Of a stretch of 64,000 nucleotides of DNA, positions 47,702 through 60,150 are shown piece after piece (position 1 is the first letter of the stretch; each line of letters begins with the position of its first letter). The translations under genes and the position numbers were made by a program. The stretch is from Podarcis tiliguerta (Eukaryota). Under the pieces are notes generated by a model, which had not been told where the DNA came from, searched no databases, and worked only from the letters and a program-made list of their open reading frames with translations. The stretch lies in assembly GCA_965153285.1 (NCBI GenBank), contig OZ229113.1; one strand, 5' to 3'.

Positions 47702-50700
47702 TATTGTTCTTCATTGCTTCACTTTACAAAAACTAAAGTAATCAGATATTCAGAAATAGCTGTATTCAAATCCTCTAGGCAGCCCACATCTCTTGTCTTT
47801 CAGAAAAATAATCCACTTGGAACTGTGGAATCATATTCTTTCGGAGCCCTTAAATAATAATATGAAACAAGAGTCAATAACGGAATGAAATGTATTCTCC
47901 TTTTCATTTTTGTGTTTATTATTATCAAGAACTATTGACTCACTCTGGCATCCCAGTATACAGTATTGGTCTGCTGTTAATGAATTTAGCAGTTATGGAA
48001 AAAAATGTGTTTAAATAAATATGTGATGGTCGATTTATATATTTCCATGCTCTTTTAATCAGTCCATGATTTAAGGTGGTACATGATACTTTCCTTTTAA
48101 GAAGTAGTAATAATTGCAAACTGTTATTACCAGGCCCATTCCTATTAAATAAATATTTAATTTGTAACAAGAAGTTGCTGAATGCAACACTAAATGTACA
48201 CAGAAGAGTGTCCCCTATCCAGGAGCCTTTTATCTATGTTTGAGCTTATCTGCACACATAGTCAAATCACACAGTGCTGAGTAATTGGAACCATACTGTT
48301 TCGAGCTCTTGGTGGGACATTGCATCTTTGAATATTCTCTACCTTAAGAATAAAGGAAAACAACCCCACTTGTAGAAAACTAGCATGTAGCAGGAAGAAG
48401 GCTAGGCTAGATCTTTCTACCTAGTAGACTGTTTTTCTGCAAGCTGGAAGATTTTGATATTAAAATGACAGTATTTACAGTTTCCGTGGGTTATTATTGT
48501 ACAATCTACCTATCAGAGCAGTGGCAGTCCTTTATTATGGATTCCCATTGACTGCATTGGCTGCTCTGAACATTACCAATTGTACTATTCCAACAATGCA
48601 ATCAAGCTGTGTGTTGAGAATGTAACTGCATTTCTTTATGAACTGAAATACCCTATTGCTGTGTTAAGTAAAAACACTGAGCAATTTACACCTGTTCCTA
48701 GTACTGCGTCATGCTGTTCCATTATACCACCACCAAACTCCTGCTGCTAAACTAAAGAAAAGCATTGCCAACTAATCCATTAAAGGTTTTTTTCTTCCTT
48801 CCCCACAAGACTTCAGTATTATCTTCCTGTTTGAAGGTATCATCTAATTCAGGCAAACTTCTGCAGACTTACTAAAATATATATGACTCTATGCTGTATC
48901 TTTTTAAAATACGTATCTGTCACTTCAAAATACTTTGGAATATTTTTTCATAGCTAAATCCAAGGAGCTGGAAAGGGGCACAAAAAAGTCCTTGCTTTCT
49001 GCTTGATTCATGCACAATTTTAGGTGGCATTCGGGTTCTTCACTTCATTTATGTCTTTCCGTAATCATACATTACCAAATGAGATTTACAGATAGACAGA
49101 ACACTGGGACGGACACACTGACTGCATGAGCAGTCCTATCAAGCTTCTGAGTGTTTTACAAATATGCAGAGAGTACATGAGGGAGGCAATAAAACCCCGC
49201 ACATAAAGAATCTTGATGCAATCTTTTTTATGATTACTCCTTTGCTGCTGTGTTTTGTCAGTGAACATACAGAGCTACATTGGTAATTTAGACTGAAGAA
49301 TCAGAGAGCTCTAGCAATCAGTGAGTGCTCCAATCCCAGAAGATACTTTAGAAATTGTCCCAAATCCTTCTCATGTCTTTACCACACCTGCCCATTGAAT
49401 ACACCTGCAAAGGGGACACTGTCCACTCTGACACATTACCTGCTCTCTGATAGTTTCTCCTCTTCTCCATTGGCTGCTCTGCCCACATTCCCACCTACAA
49501 GCAGATGCTACACAGGGCAAGCAAGTGAGCACCGTGATTGGTATGGTAGACATGAAACAGCCATTTGCTAGGGATTGAAATAAGACACCAAAGGAGTATA
49601 GTTCCACCTTACTATCTGTTGTCTTTCTTCAACCTTCTCTCCACAGCACCATCACTCCTGTCATTACTGAAACAAGCAAGGAAGCTCACCAGGCATATTC
49701 TCACCAGAGTTGACCTCGTCAAGTTTCCATGGGCATGCCCAGGGATCAAATTTAATGTTGTGCATTCAGGCTAATGCTGCACACACCCATACCTGCTTCT
49801 CAAGTGTGGTATATCAGAAATAAAACAGTCCTTTCCCCAGCCTGTCCAGTAAGTGGTGCCAAATCCTAAAAGACAAACCAACAAAAAAACTTGACCTTTT
49901 TAATCTAGAAAGTTGCCAACGCTACAAGATGTACAAGAAAGGTCATGTGGTAAAGTTAAGTGGATCTTAACTTCAATCAAATAGGTTCTGGGAATATTTG
50001 TAATACAGGGTACCATGTTGACCAAAGACTTGTTGAGCATGATCTCTCCCACTCATGACTACATCAGCACAATGACTAGTTGTTGATATCTAAGCTATTT
50101 TTGAGCATCTCATCCCATACATTTGAAAGCAGCATGCTCTGAGGCCTGCAGTATGAGAATGACTATTTCACTCTGTGTGCTATTTGATTTGATTTCACTG
50201 ATCATATCTGATGTAGTGGAGGAGGGTGGGCAACAACCAACAATGAAGATTAGTTAGAAATGACACTATCTTTGTTAAGCTTTCCCACAACACTGCTCTT
50301 GAGAAAACACGTGGAGACAAAGCAAAACAAAATAGGTCTGTAGGTTTGCAACTAAAACTAATAGAATGAGGTGACAAAAAAAGTCAGAGTGCTATTTATT
50401 GTACATTAAAATGCTAATTAGACTCAATTCAATTTAATGATGATGCCAGAAGGGTAATTGTCTAAATTAAACTAATTAAATACATCCTAAAGGAAAAAGA
50501 GGTGGAAAGTTGTCTTTAAGGATGAGTATACATAATTTAAGGGAGAAAATGCTCAAAACAAATACATTATTATTCAAGATTACAAAAAGGAAATACAGCT
50601 TGTGAAAGTATGCAAAATACTAAGCTGATATGTTTATGTGTTTAGATAGCCCAACTTGCCACCTCGAACAGGGCTGGAGAAACTGCAGCACTCTGGATGT

Positions 50701-51224
50701 CACTAGACTACAACTCCCATCACCCAAGCCAATTGCACACCAAATACACAGCAGACCCATGTCTCCTCCAGGTCAGAGCTAGAGGGAAGTATGGAGGGTT
50801 GATTCACTTGCTGGACACCTGGAACAACCCTGAAGCACAGAGGCAAACCCACATATCTGCACCTTCCCCATCCCTATATGAAGGCTGGGACAGAGGCTTG
50901 TTATGCCTCTGTGTTTGCTGTAAAACCAAATCCTTGGAGGCTTCTGGCAAATTTGGGAGATGTCTGCATCAACCACATCTCTGCTGCTCCAGGATTGGAA
51001 CTGATTGTGCCCTTAACATAGGGAGAGAGTGGGGCAAGTGAGATGGCCATATGTAGACCTTTGGCATGCTGCTCAATATCTTGACCCTGAAAGATCTCCG
51101 ATTCCCCCTTCCTGATCAATCCTGAATTTCTACTCATGTTGGTGCAGAAGGCAGTACACAACCAATAAATTCAAAACAAAATCATGATAATAACAATTGT
51201 TGTAAATTGTATTAGTAAATGCCA

Positions 51225-51535
51225 CACAGTGCACAGTTAAACTGTAGAGCTCGCTCCCACGAGAGGAAGTGATGACCACCAACTTGGATAAGTGTAAAAG
51301 AGGCTTGGACAAATTCATGGAAGATCAGGCTACCAATGCCTACTAGCCATTGTGGCTATGCTCTCTCTCCATGGTCAGAGACAACACTTCTGATTATCAG
51401 TTGCTAGAAACCATAGAAGGGGAGAATGCTTAGGTCCTGCCTGAGGGTTTGCTACATGCATCTGGGTGGCCACTGTAAGAAATGGATGCTGGACTAGATG
51501 GACCATTGGCTAAATCCAGCAGGCTGTTTTTATGT
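51225..51535 (+). mobile_element. CR1 LINE 3' end
   Basis: aaaagaggcttggacaaattcatggaaga...gatgctggactagatggaccattggct..atccagcaggctg. Confidence 0.75.
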
Positions 51536-52752
51536 AATAGTACCAGTTAAAATCAAACTCCAAGCATATACATGTATTGCAGTTGAAAATAATAACCTAA
51601 TTCCTCAAAGCCTCAGGATACACGAATAAATTCTCCCCCCTGTCACAAAGGTGAGCTAGTTTTGTGGATTTGGAGAGAATTGCACATATGAGGTACTACT
51701 TTTTATTAGCAGAATGTACCACAGGATTTTGAGGTGAGATACTCAGGAAATTCAACACCATCATTGGACAAACTATGGTTAAAACATGAAAATTAATGCT
51801 ATTTCTATGGTTTGACTTAGATTGGGTGCGTGTATAATGTACTATTTAAGGACCTGATTAGATTTAAGTTAGTAGCTGCTACATGTGAAAACATAACTCT
51901 GGATGAGTAATCGGACTCTTATTTTAGATTTTTGATAAAGTAAACTTTTGGAAATGCTGTTGTGGAAAAGCTTACACATCAAATCCATATCATCAAGGGA
52001 AAAACAAAATAAAGAGTTGCCGTTTTGCAGAATGCAGTAGTTCTATTTTTCAAACGAGTAAGATTGACAGTACAAAGACACTATGTGACAAATTGGGTAA
52101 AAAAATAATAATGATTCAAATGTCCAGGGAATTATCATCCCTTAATGTTGTTTATGATGCATTTATTCCCTCTGGCTGACAAATATGACAATGGTGATTG
52201 TCTTCTTTATTGGACCATAAGGAGAAAAAATATTCTGTTAGCTAAACTGCCATGCTATTGTTGCCAAGCTTTTCTCTGGTTTGGAATTTTGTTTGTTCTT
52301 TGGTGTGTCTATTTGATACATGTAAATACTTGTAGCTCACTATAAAACAAAAAAACAACAGAAAAGGGATGCTTCTACCGGCAAATCTTTTCACCTGTGG
52401 TTGAAAGTAGGAGTTACCCTGAGTGCCTAAGAGATGCATTTCCTGCATTTTAGAACCTGCTCAAAGCACACTGATTTACTTGGACATCTATGGGCTTAGG
52501 TTTCAGTTCAAAGCTGATGTCCAAGCAGGGCTTAATGGAAATGTAGAGCTGCCATCACATCTGTTGCCCTATTCTGCATGACAGCTGCGGGAGAAGGTAA
52601 GTTGGGGAAGGAAATTGATTTGCCAGGCTGATCAGCATTAGTCCCATATCAGACCCAATGGGGACAGCTAGAGATTCAATGCATCCTGAGCCAAGACAGC
52701 ACCTTTGCCTGGAATGCCCTGCTTTTGGACTTCCCTTTGGACTTCCCATTGA

Positions 52753-52860
52753 CTCCCAGCCCCCTGCCCAAACACGGAGCTGTGTGCCAACAAGTCTAGC
52801 ATACTTGGGCTCCCAGCCCCCTGCCCAAACACGGAGCTGTGTGCCAACAAGTCTAGCATA
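52753..52860. repeat. Tandem duplication, period 57 bp
   Basis: ctcccagccccctgcccaaacacggagctgtgtgccaacaagtctagcata occurs twice. Confidence 0.92.
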
Positions 52861-53472
52861 GTTGGGCAGAGAGGCGCCATTGTGCAATTTTCCCAAGCCC
52901 AGTTGAAATGATTGTTAGTTATTCTGAAAGAGGAAGCAACTGTGTAGTTCTGTAGATCAATAGTTATTTATCATGTTTTGACTTCTGGAAGCATCATGGT
53001 GGCATGGAATATAGAGGTATTTATTGTATTATTTCATTTTGCTTGTACCCTGTCCTAGGGTCAGGTTTGCTGAAGGGTGAATTAGAAATATTTGAATGAA
53101 ATAAATAAAACAGTACAATGTTAGATGATACAGACAAAAGGAATAATTTATCCCAGCAGTACATAATTTACTTATCATACTTCAAAGTGACCATTAGCCT
53201 GGACAATCTTATTATGAAATTAGATAAATTCATGGAGGACAGTCCTCTCAATCTTTGTTGAACATGATAGCAAAACAGAAGGAACTTTGAAGTGCAGAGT
53301 CAGTAAACATCTAATTTCCAGGTGCAGGGATGAAATGAGTGTGGCTAGTAGAACCATTTGCAAAACACTTTATTTCTTTAATAAAGCTCAATAGAAGGCA
53401 TACGAATAACCAGTTGCATCTCTGTCATTTAAGGAATACCAAGCTTCTGCAACTTTATCCTGTCTCTGTGAA

Positions 53473-53861
53473 TAGGGTTGCTATACGTCTGGGAAATCCT
53501 GGACAGGTCCTCTTTTGGGGCGCCAACATACCCATCTGGAGGGATATTTACATTTTAAAGGAAATGTCCAGATTTGGGGGTATTTATTTATTTATTGGGG
53601 TGGTTGGTTCAGGCTCGGGAATGAGTGGCTCGGGCGCGGGCCTGGGCTCCTTTATATGCTGCAGCCGCTGCCAGCCCAAGCTGGGGAAGAGGCACATGGG
53701 CGCTCTGCACACTGCGGCTACTGCCAGCTGAAATGGGGGAAAGAGGCACACAGGCACGGCAGCACCCCCATGCACCCCCATCCATGCCCCTCTGTCCCCT
53801 GCTTGGGCTGGCAGTGGCTTGGGCTGTCCTTTTTTTTGCTCTTCAAGATATGGCAACCCTA
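53473..53861. mobile_element. hAT-type MITE
   Basis: TIRs tagggttgctata / tatggcaacccta; 8-bp TSD tctgtgaa / tctttgaa; internal GC-rich inverted repeats. Confidence 0.85.
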
Positions 53862-54807
53862 TCTTTGAACCCTACTTGTGATCACATGAGTTCTGCCTCC
53901 CACCAAACTACTGTTCTCTCTAATGATAGCTTCAATGATGGGTCTTCAATCCTGGTGTAGCCTGCTGGTCACTTTCTCTGGTAGCTTCTAGCTGCAGCAG
54001 AAGAGATAACCAAACTTTCCACCAAGGTTACCAACTACGCCAGCAATCTTTGATTAATAATGAGCACTTTTACTAATTTGAGGCTACTGTCTTTGAAAAA
54101 TAAAACCCTGCCAGCAGTTTATTTTTTTTAGGATTGCACAACACTCAGTTAAACTTGGGGTAACTACTTTTACACTGTGTCCAACTATTCCATTATGCTG
54201 TACAAAAGACAAACTAATTCTTTTCCATAACCATATTGCATTAGCCCAAATGAAGGGGAGGAAGCAGAAATAAGAACTAAGTCTCCCAGTAGAGCCTCAT
54301 TCAGAATGTATGAATGCTCTGTGCCTGTGAAAAGCTATCATGTCAGGAAAAAAAAGTTAAGCTAAAATGGTTGTGCCTGAATTGCTATATTTTCAGAGCA
54401 AAGTTCACTGACTGCTTTACCCAAGAGGTGGCTCCAGAGAATACGCTGACATTATGCCTGCTTCTGCTTAGTGCACTGTTGTCCCCCCCCCCCCCCGAAG
54501 CTCATTCTGCATAGTATCAAAGAGAGCTAAACTAATACCCCAGTATATATGGTATAACTTGCTGATACTGGCATAAAATAATTTGGAGACAGACATCTCA
54601 GCATTGTTGAAATAGACTCAGGTTTCCCACACACAGCTTCTCTGGCCTTCTTTCAAAACTGATTGAAACCACAAGCCTAAAGAGCAAAATAGCCCTGTAT
54701 TCAGTCATTGTGTGCTTTAATGAATTCTTGTATGTTAAGTTTACACTGCATCATGTAAACATTTCAGCACAAATCTGAAGCATCACTGAACATGCATGGG
54801 TATGCCC

Positions 54808-55199
54808 AGTGCTTTTTTTCCTGGGGGAATGCAGGGAGACGGATACCCCTCAACATTTTGTAAATCTAAGTCATTGAGAGGCAGTATTTTAATATGAGTA
54901 GGAAAATGAGAGTACCCCTAAACATTATTTTTTTTAAAAAAAAACAATGGGTAAAGGCAATGCTTTTTCTGGGAGGATGCAGGGGTACACATACCCCTAA
55001 ACATTTTGTGAATCTTTGTCCTTTGTACAAATTTTCCCCAATTTGAACTTCAAAATGGTGATTTTCTTGAGTCAAAATGTTTAGGGGTACTCTCAGTTTC
55101 CTACTCATATTAAAATACTGCCCCTCAATGAGGCCAAACTTAGATTCCCAAAATGTTTAGGGGTATGTGTCCCCCTGCGTCCCCCCAGAAAAAGTACTG
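54808..55199. mobile_element. Pair of related MITEs (CAGTG ends, tacccctaaacattt subterminal repeats) forming a long inverted repeat
   Basis: 54808-54927 is the reverse complement of about 55075-55199; a second left end occurs at about 54958. Confidence 0.75.
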
Positions 55200-56585
55200 A
55201 TATGCCATAGTGCTAAATGTACAGCATTGAATGATAAAATACACCATTTCTATGGGGAGACTCTGCTGGCCTCACAAACAACACATTTGCTCCTGCTACA
55301 CCATTGTGCAAAGGATGATGAATTGCCTGTAGGATGTTGGCCCTTTTCCCCAGCCTGATGCTGGTCGCCTCCTATGCTACATTGAAAAAGACAAAGGAGT
55401 AAGTCAGCTGCAGAAGAGTTCAGTCCCAGTGCTGAAGGAAATGTTGCACTGAGACCCAACAGAAAGGAAAGAAAGCACCCAGCTTTCTTTTAAATATCTG
55501 CTTGACTGTTTGCCATTGATTATAATGGTAGAACAAATACATATTTTGATTTTCTAGTTAATTAATTTTAAAAGGGTTTGGCAGGATGATGTCCCATCTT
55601 GACTGTCATGGTATCCCACTGGACAATCTGAAAAGGAGCACATATAATTACTCTTCACTGAGCTAGAGAGCCAGCGCCTGATCCATCTAATCTTGTATAT
55701 CTTTCGAAGCCAGCTTAACTTAATTTTCCCCTTAGGATATTCCAGGGCATAGTATCAAATGCCATGCGGCATTACAGCTACATCTGCTCTTTCCCTTTTC
55801 ACTGTTTTTCCTCCCCTCTCTCTTCAATTTTGTCAACAACAGCAAAATCAATCAGCTTGATTTGACAGGACAGCTTCTTAATAAAACCAGTGCTGAGTCC
55901 CTTTGATGCTGTCCTTCTCCAAATTATTTTAGCATTCTAAAAATAGCAATTCTACCACTATTGGGTAAAGAAGATGATTGATAAAGTCACTGAGTCGCTG
56001 CACTTATCACTGCCCATCCCCAAAAGACTGAAACCTTGAAAAATGTGTTGGCCTCACTGACGCTTCCCAGACATAGTAGGTGGGCTAGTGCTTGTAGAAG
56101 TTGAAAACATGGCCTTCAGTTATGTGGGAACATGATCCAGATTCTTAACAGTTTCAGCATGGAAGAAACATGCTGAAAAATGAAATAATTATTTACTGGT
56201 TAGAGTAGATTCACTGAAATTAATGAACATGACTAAGTTATGGCCATTAATTCCACTGCGTCCACTCCTGTAAAAGTTAGTTGAATTCCACTCTATGTAA
56301 TTATATAGAATATGGGTTGTATCTGTCTAAGTTCTACTCAGTGCAGACCAACTGAAATTAATGTTAAATTCAATATTCTGGGCAGGATTTACCTAATGAA
56401 CCCATCAATGGGAGCCCAGCACAAGGACTTCCACTTGTTCAGTGGGTCTTTCCCCTTCCCCCACACCTCCAAAATTGGCTTTGGGTTTTGAGAAAAACCC
56501 CAGAACAGCATGCAAGGAAAAGGGAGTGGGTATTGTTCCACCTGTCAATATTCAACAGAAATTGATATTGTAGGGTGAAGATTGC

Positions 56586-56936
56586 TGGAGGAGACTCTTG
56601 AGAGTCCCATGGACTGCAAGAAGATCAAACGCATCCATTCTTAAGGAAATCAGCCCTGAGTGCTCACTGGAAGGACAGATCGTGAAGCTGAGGCTCCAAT
56701 ACTTTGGCCACCTCATGAGAAGAGAAGATTCCCTGGAAAAGACCCTGGTGTTGTGAAAGATGGAGGGCACAAGGAGAAGGGGACGACAGAGGACGAGATG
56801 GTTAGACAGTGTTCTCGAAGCTACAAACATGAATCTGACCAAACTGCGGGTGGCAGTGGAAGACAGGAGTGCCTGGCGTGCTCTGCTCCATGGGGTCACG
56901 AAGAGTCGGACACGACTGAATGACTAAACAACAACA
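56586..56936 (+). mobile_element. 5'-truncated BovB/RTE LINE
   Basis: Near-identical to 34690-35042; (caa)n tail; 14-bp TSD agggtgaagattgc at 56572-56585 and 56937-56950. Confidence 0.92.
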
Positions 56937-57754
56937 AGGGTGAAGATTGCCGTTTCTTTCTGTCATTCATAAATATTAATCTAGAATTAGTATGAATAAA
57001 GAAATATGAAGATGGAATAATACTGGATAGCTTACAGTTGTGGGCAAGTTTTGATTACTAAATTGCATTGATTATTTAATGACTATTGTTTGATATATGA
57101 AGTATGAACTAAGCTAATTGTTGTTCTTCTTGATTACATATGGAGATTGGCTGTATATATAAATTTAAATACTGTAATAAGATAAAAGGGGGAAAACACA
57201 AATTGGGGAAAGTAAAATATGGAAACTATGGTAGGGGCTGCACCTCAACCAGGATGGCTTTTGGAGCAGAAAGGCAGCCTATGCATTTCAGTATACCAGT
57301 TCCATCCATCACAGAGACACCAACACCAGAACAAACCTGTGTGTGTGTAATTTACAATGACTGAATAGTATGCTGCCTTGGTAGCAGGCATTTGCCCTGT
57401 GCTCTTGAATCTGCAGTTGCTATGTCAACAAAAGTTGCTCTGTGAGCCTTTGCAGTTATGCCTGTCTTTAGGATGTGTGTGTTAGTATCTTCACAAATAA
57501 CTTTAGTATTAAAAATAAAACAACCCTATGTACCTATGCGTGGAGCTGGAGAGGTTTAGAATCATGCTGTTCTACTCCACTTTGGGATGCCTATCTTGCT
57601 CCCCATGTCTGCCCCTTGGTTATCTTGCTTGGTTAGGAGGCTGCAGATAGCCTAAAGTTCTGTCCATTTCATTTTGGGAGCATAGGTCACATGTTTTGGT
57701 TCTACATTCTTTGGGTTATACACATGTGAACTGCAGTGCAGACATTTCAGGGAC

Positions 57755-58250
57755 CAATCCATGACAGATGGCCATCCAACCTCTGTTTAAAAACTTCCAA
57801 GGAAGGAGAGTCCACCACCTCTCGTAGGAGTCTGTTCCTCTGCTGAACAGCTCCTACTGTCAGAATGTTTTCACAATGTTTAGTCAAAATCTCCTTTCTT
57901 GCAACTTGAAACCATTGGTTTGAGTCCTACCCTCCAGAGCAGGAGAAAACAAGCATGCTCCCTCCTCCATATGACAACCCTTAAGATATTTGAAGATGGC
58001 TATCATATCTTCTCTCTGTCTCCTCTTTTCCAGTCTAAGCATCCCCAATTCCCTTAACAGTTCCTCAAAAGGTTTGGCTTCCAGACCCTTAACATCTTGG
58101 TCACCTTCCTCTGCACAGTTTCCAGCTTGTCAATATCCTTCTTAAATTGTGATGCCCAGTATTGGACATAGTATTCCAGGTGCAGTCTGACCAAGGCAGA
58201 ATAGAGCAGGACTATTACTTCCCTTGATCTGGACATTATACTTCTGTTTA
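57755..58250 (-). mobile_element. CR1 LINE RT C-terminal fragment
   Basis: Translation [47 protein letters not shown] is the characteristic CR1 motif. Confidence 0.92.
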
Positions 58251-58359
58251 TGAGAAGTTTGGCATAACAAAATTTGTTTGTGTTTTTCTTTTTGCTTTTC
58301 TTTTTGCCAACTCACTCTTAGATGGCTGAAATGGTTTTAAGTGACAGAATGTGAAAGTA

Positions 58360-58591
58360 CAGTGGTACCTCGGGTTACATACGTTTCAGGTTACATATGC
58401 TTCAGGTTACAGACTCCACTAACCCAGAAATAATACCTCTGATTAAGAACTTTGCTTCAGGATGAGAACAGAAATCGTGCGGCGGCGGCGCAGCAGCAGC
58501 AGGAGGCCCCATTAGCTAAAGTGATGCTTCAGGTTTCAGGTTAAGAACGGACCTCCGGAATGAATTAAGTATGTAACCAGAGGTACCACTG
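58360..58591. mobile_element. Tc1/mariner-type MITE (family 1, opposite orientation)
   Basis: TIRs and TA TSD; reverse complement of 32-246. Confidence 0.88.
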
Positions 58592-59224
58592 TACTTTGCA
58601 AGATGGGTTAAGGCATTTCAAGTTACTTTAGGAAGTCTATATCATCTAACACACACATATATATGTGAGTTAATACAGGCTGTTACAGGAGAATCCATAT
58701 GGAACTCGTCAGCATTTCCATTTGTCAACCTAAAAGCTGTTATAATCATATTTTAAAAGATTTAAAAGGAATACTATTGAGACTGGCATGAAGCACATAT
58801 TCAGGAAGCTTTGTTTGCAACTCTATATGCCTCTATCTTCCCACTCAGTTGCAATCAAATGGTATTAAGTAGACAAAGTGCAATTCTGTGTAATCTGAGT
58901 CTAACATAATGAATCTTTATTGATGAACCTACTTTGACGTCACAGTCCAGAATACATGAGAACCATCCTTTGATTAATGAAAACGGATGTGATGCACTCT
59001 GAGCACCCAAAATGTACTGTATAAATGCAAAATATTATTATTATTCCTATTATATCATAAGTACCTTTATTAAAAGTGTCTCTCTGCCTTTACACTAATG
59101 TGGAACAATGCACACTAATGTTAAGTTCCAAACTTATTTGCAGTACAGTGGAAATTATTAACTGGAAAATCATATCCTCATGAAAATTACATATCTATCT
59201 TTGGTGAAGAAGAAGAAGCAGAAG

Positions 59225-60150
59225 AAAAAACAAATCCTGAGTCTGTTGGATCAAGCCAATTGCCCATCTAGTCCAGCATCTTCTTCTAAAAGTGGCCAAC
59301 CAGATAACTATGAGAAGCCCACAAGCAATAGAAATCTCCCCTCCTGAAGTTTCTAGCAACTTGTATTCAGAAACATACAGCCTCCAACTGTCAAGGCAGA
59401 ACCCATTCATAGATTTAGAATTGCACAGTTAGAAGGGATCTAGTCCAACTCTCTGCAATGCAGGAATCCTGTCTATTCCCATCCCTGGGTGGGCTTAAAC
59501 AGCCAACCTCCGGGTAGACAGTCAGATGAACTGAGCCACCCTTCTACAATTTCTACATTCATCATGGTTAATAGTCGCTGATAGCCTTATCGTCCATGAA
59601 TTTGTCTCATGGATGTTCATGAGTTGTAGTGTTATGAGAGAGAGAAAACAACTTTTTTTCTATCTACTTTCTCCCTACCATGCATAGTTTAAACACTGTA
59701 GACTCCTACTTGCCTTTTCTCTAAACTCAAAAAATCCCCAAAGGCTGTAATCTTTCTTAAAAGTGGAGTTTCTGCATCTTTTGATAATTTAGATTGCATT
59801 TTTTCCTGAACCTATTCTAGACTAACCTATTTGAGGTGCAGCAATCAAGACTATGCAAAAGTATTTGATGTTTAGTTAAACCATATATTTGTTTAATGGC
59901 ATTACACTGGCGTTTCATTTTCAATTTCTTCCTAATGATCCCAAGCGTGGTATTTGCCTTTGTGACAACTGATGTACACTGGGTCAACATCTTCACTAAA
60001 TTATCCACTACAACCTCAAGCCCTTGCTCCTGGTCACTTAAACTCCATGCATATATTTTTGAAATTAGCGTGTATTACACTTGTCCACACTGAACTGCAT
60101 TTTCCATTTTTCCCCACCCATTCATTCAGTTTGGAAGATCACTTTGGAGA
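59225..60150 (-). mobile_element. Degraded CR1 LINE relic(s)
   Basis: 3' UTR is the reverse complement of the 51225-51535 type; ORF relic TQCTSVVTKANTTLGIIRK matches the CR1 pattern QC..A.KKAN..LG.I. Confidence 0.75.
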
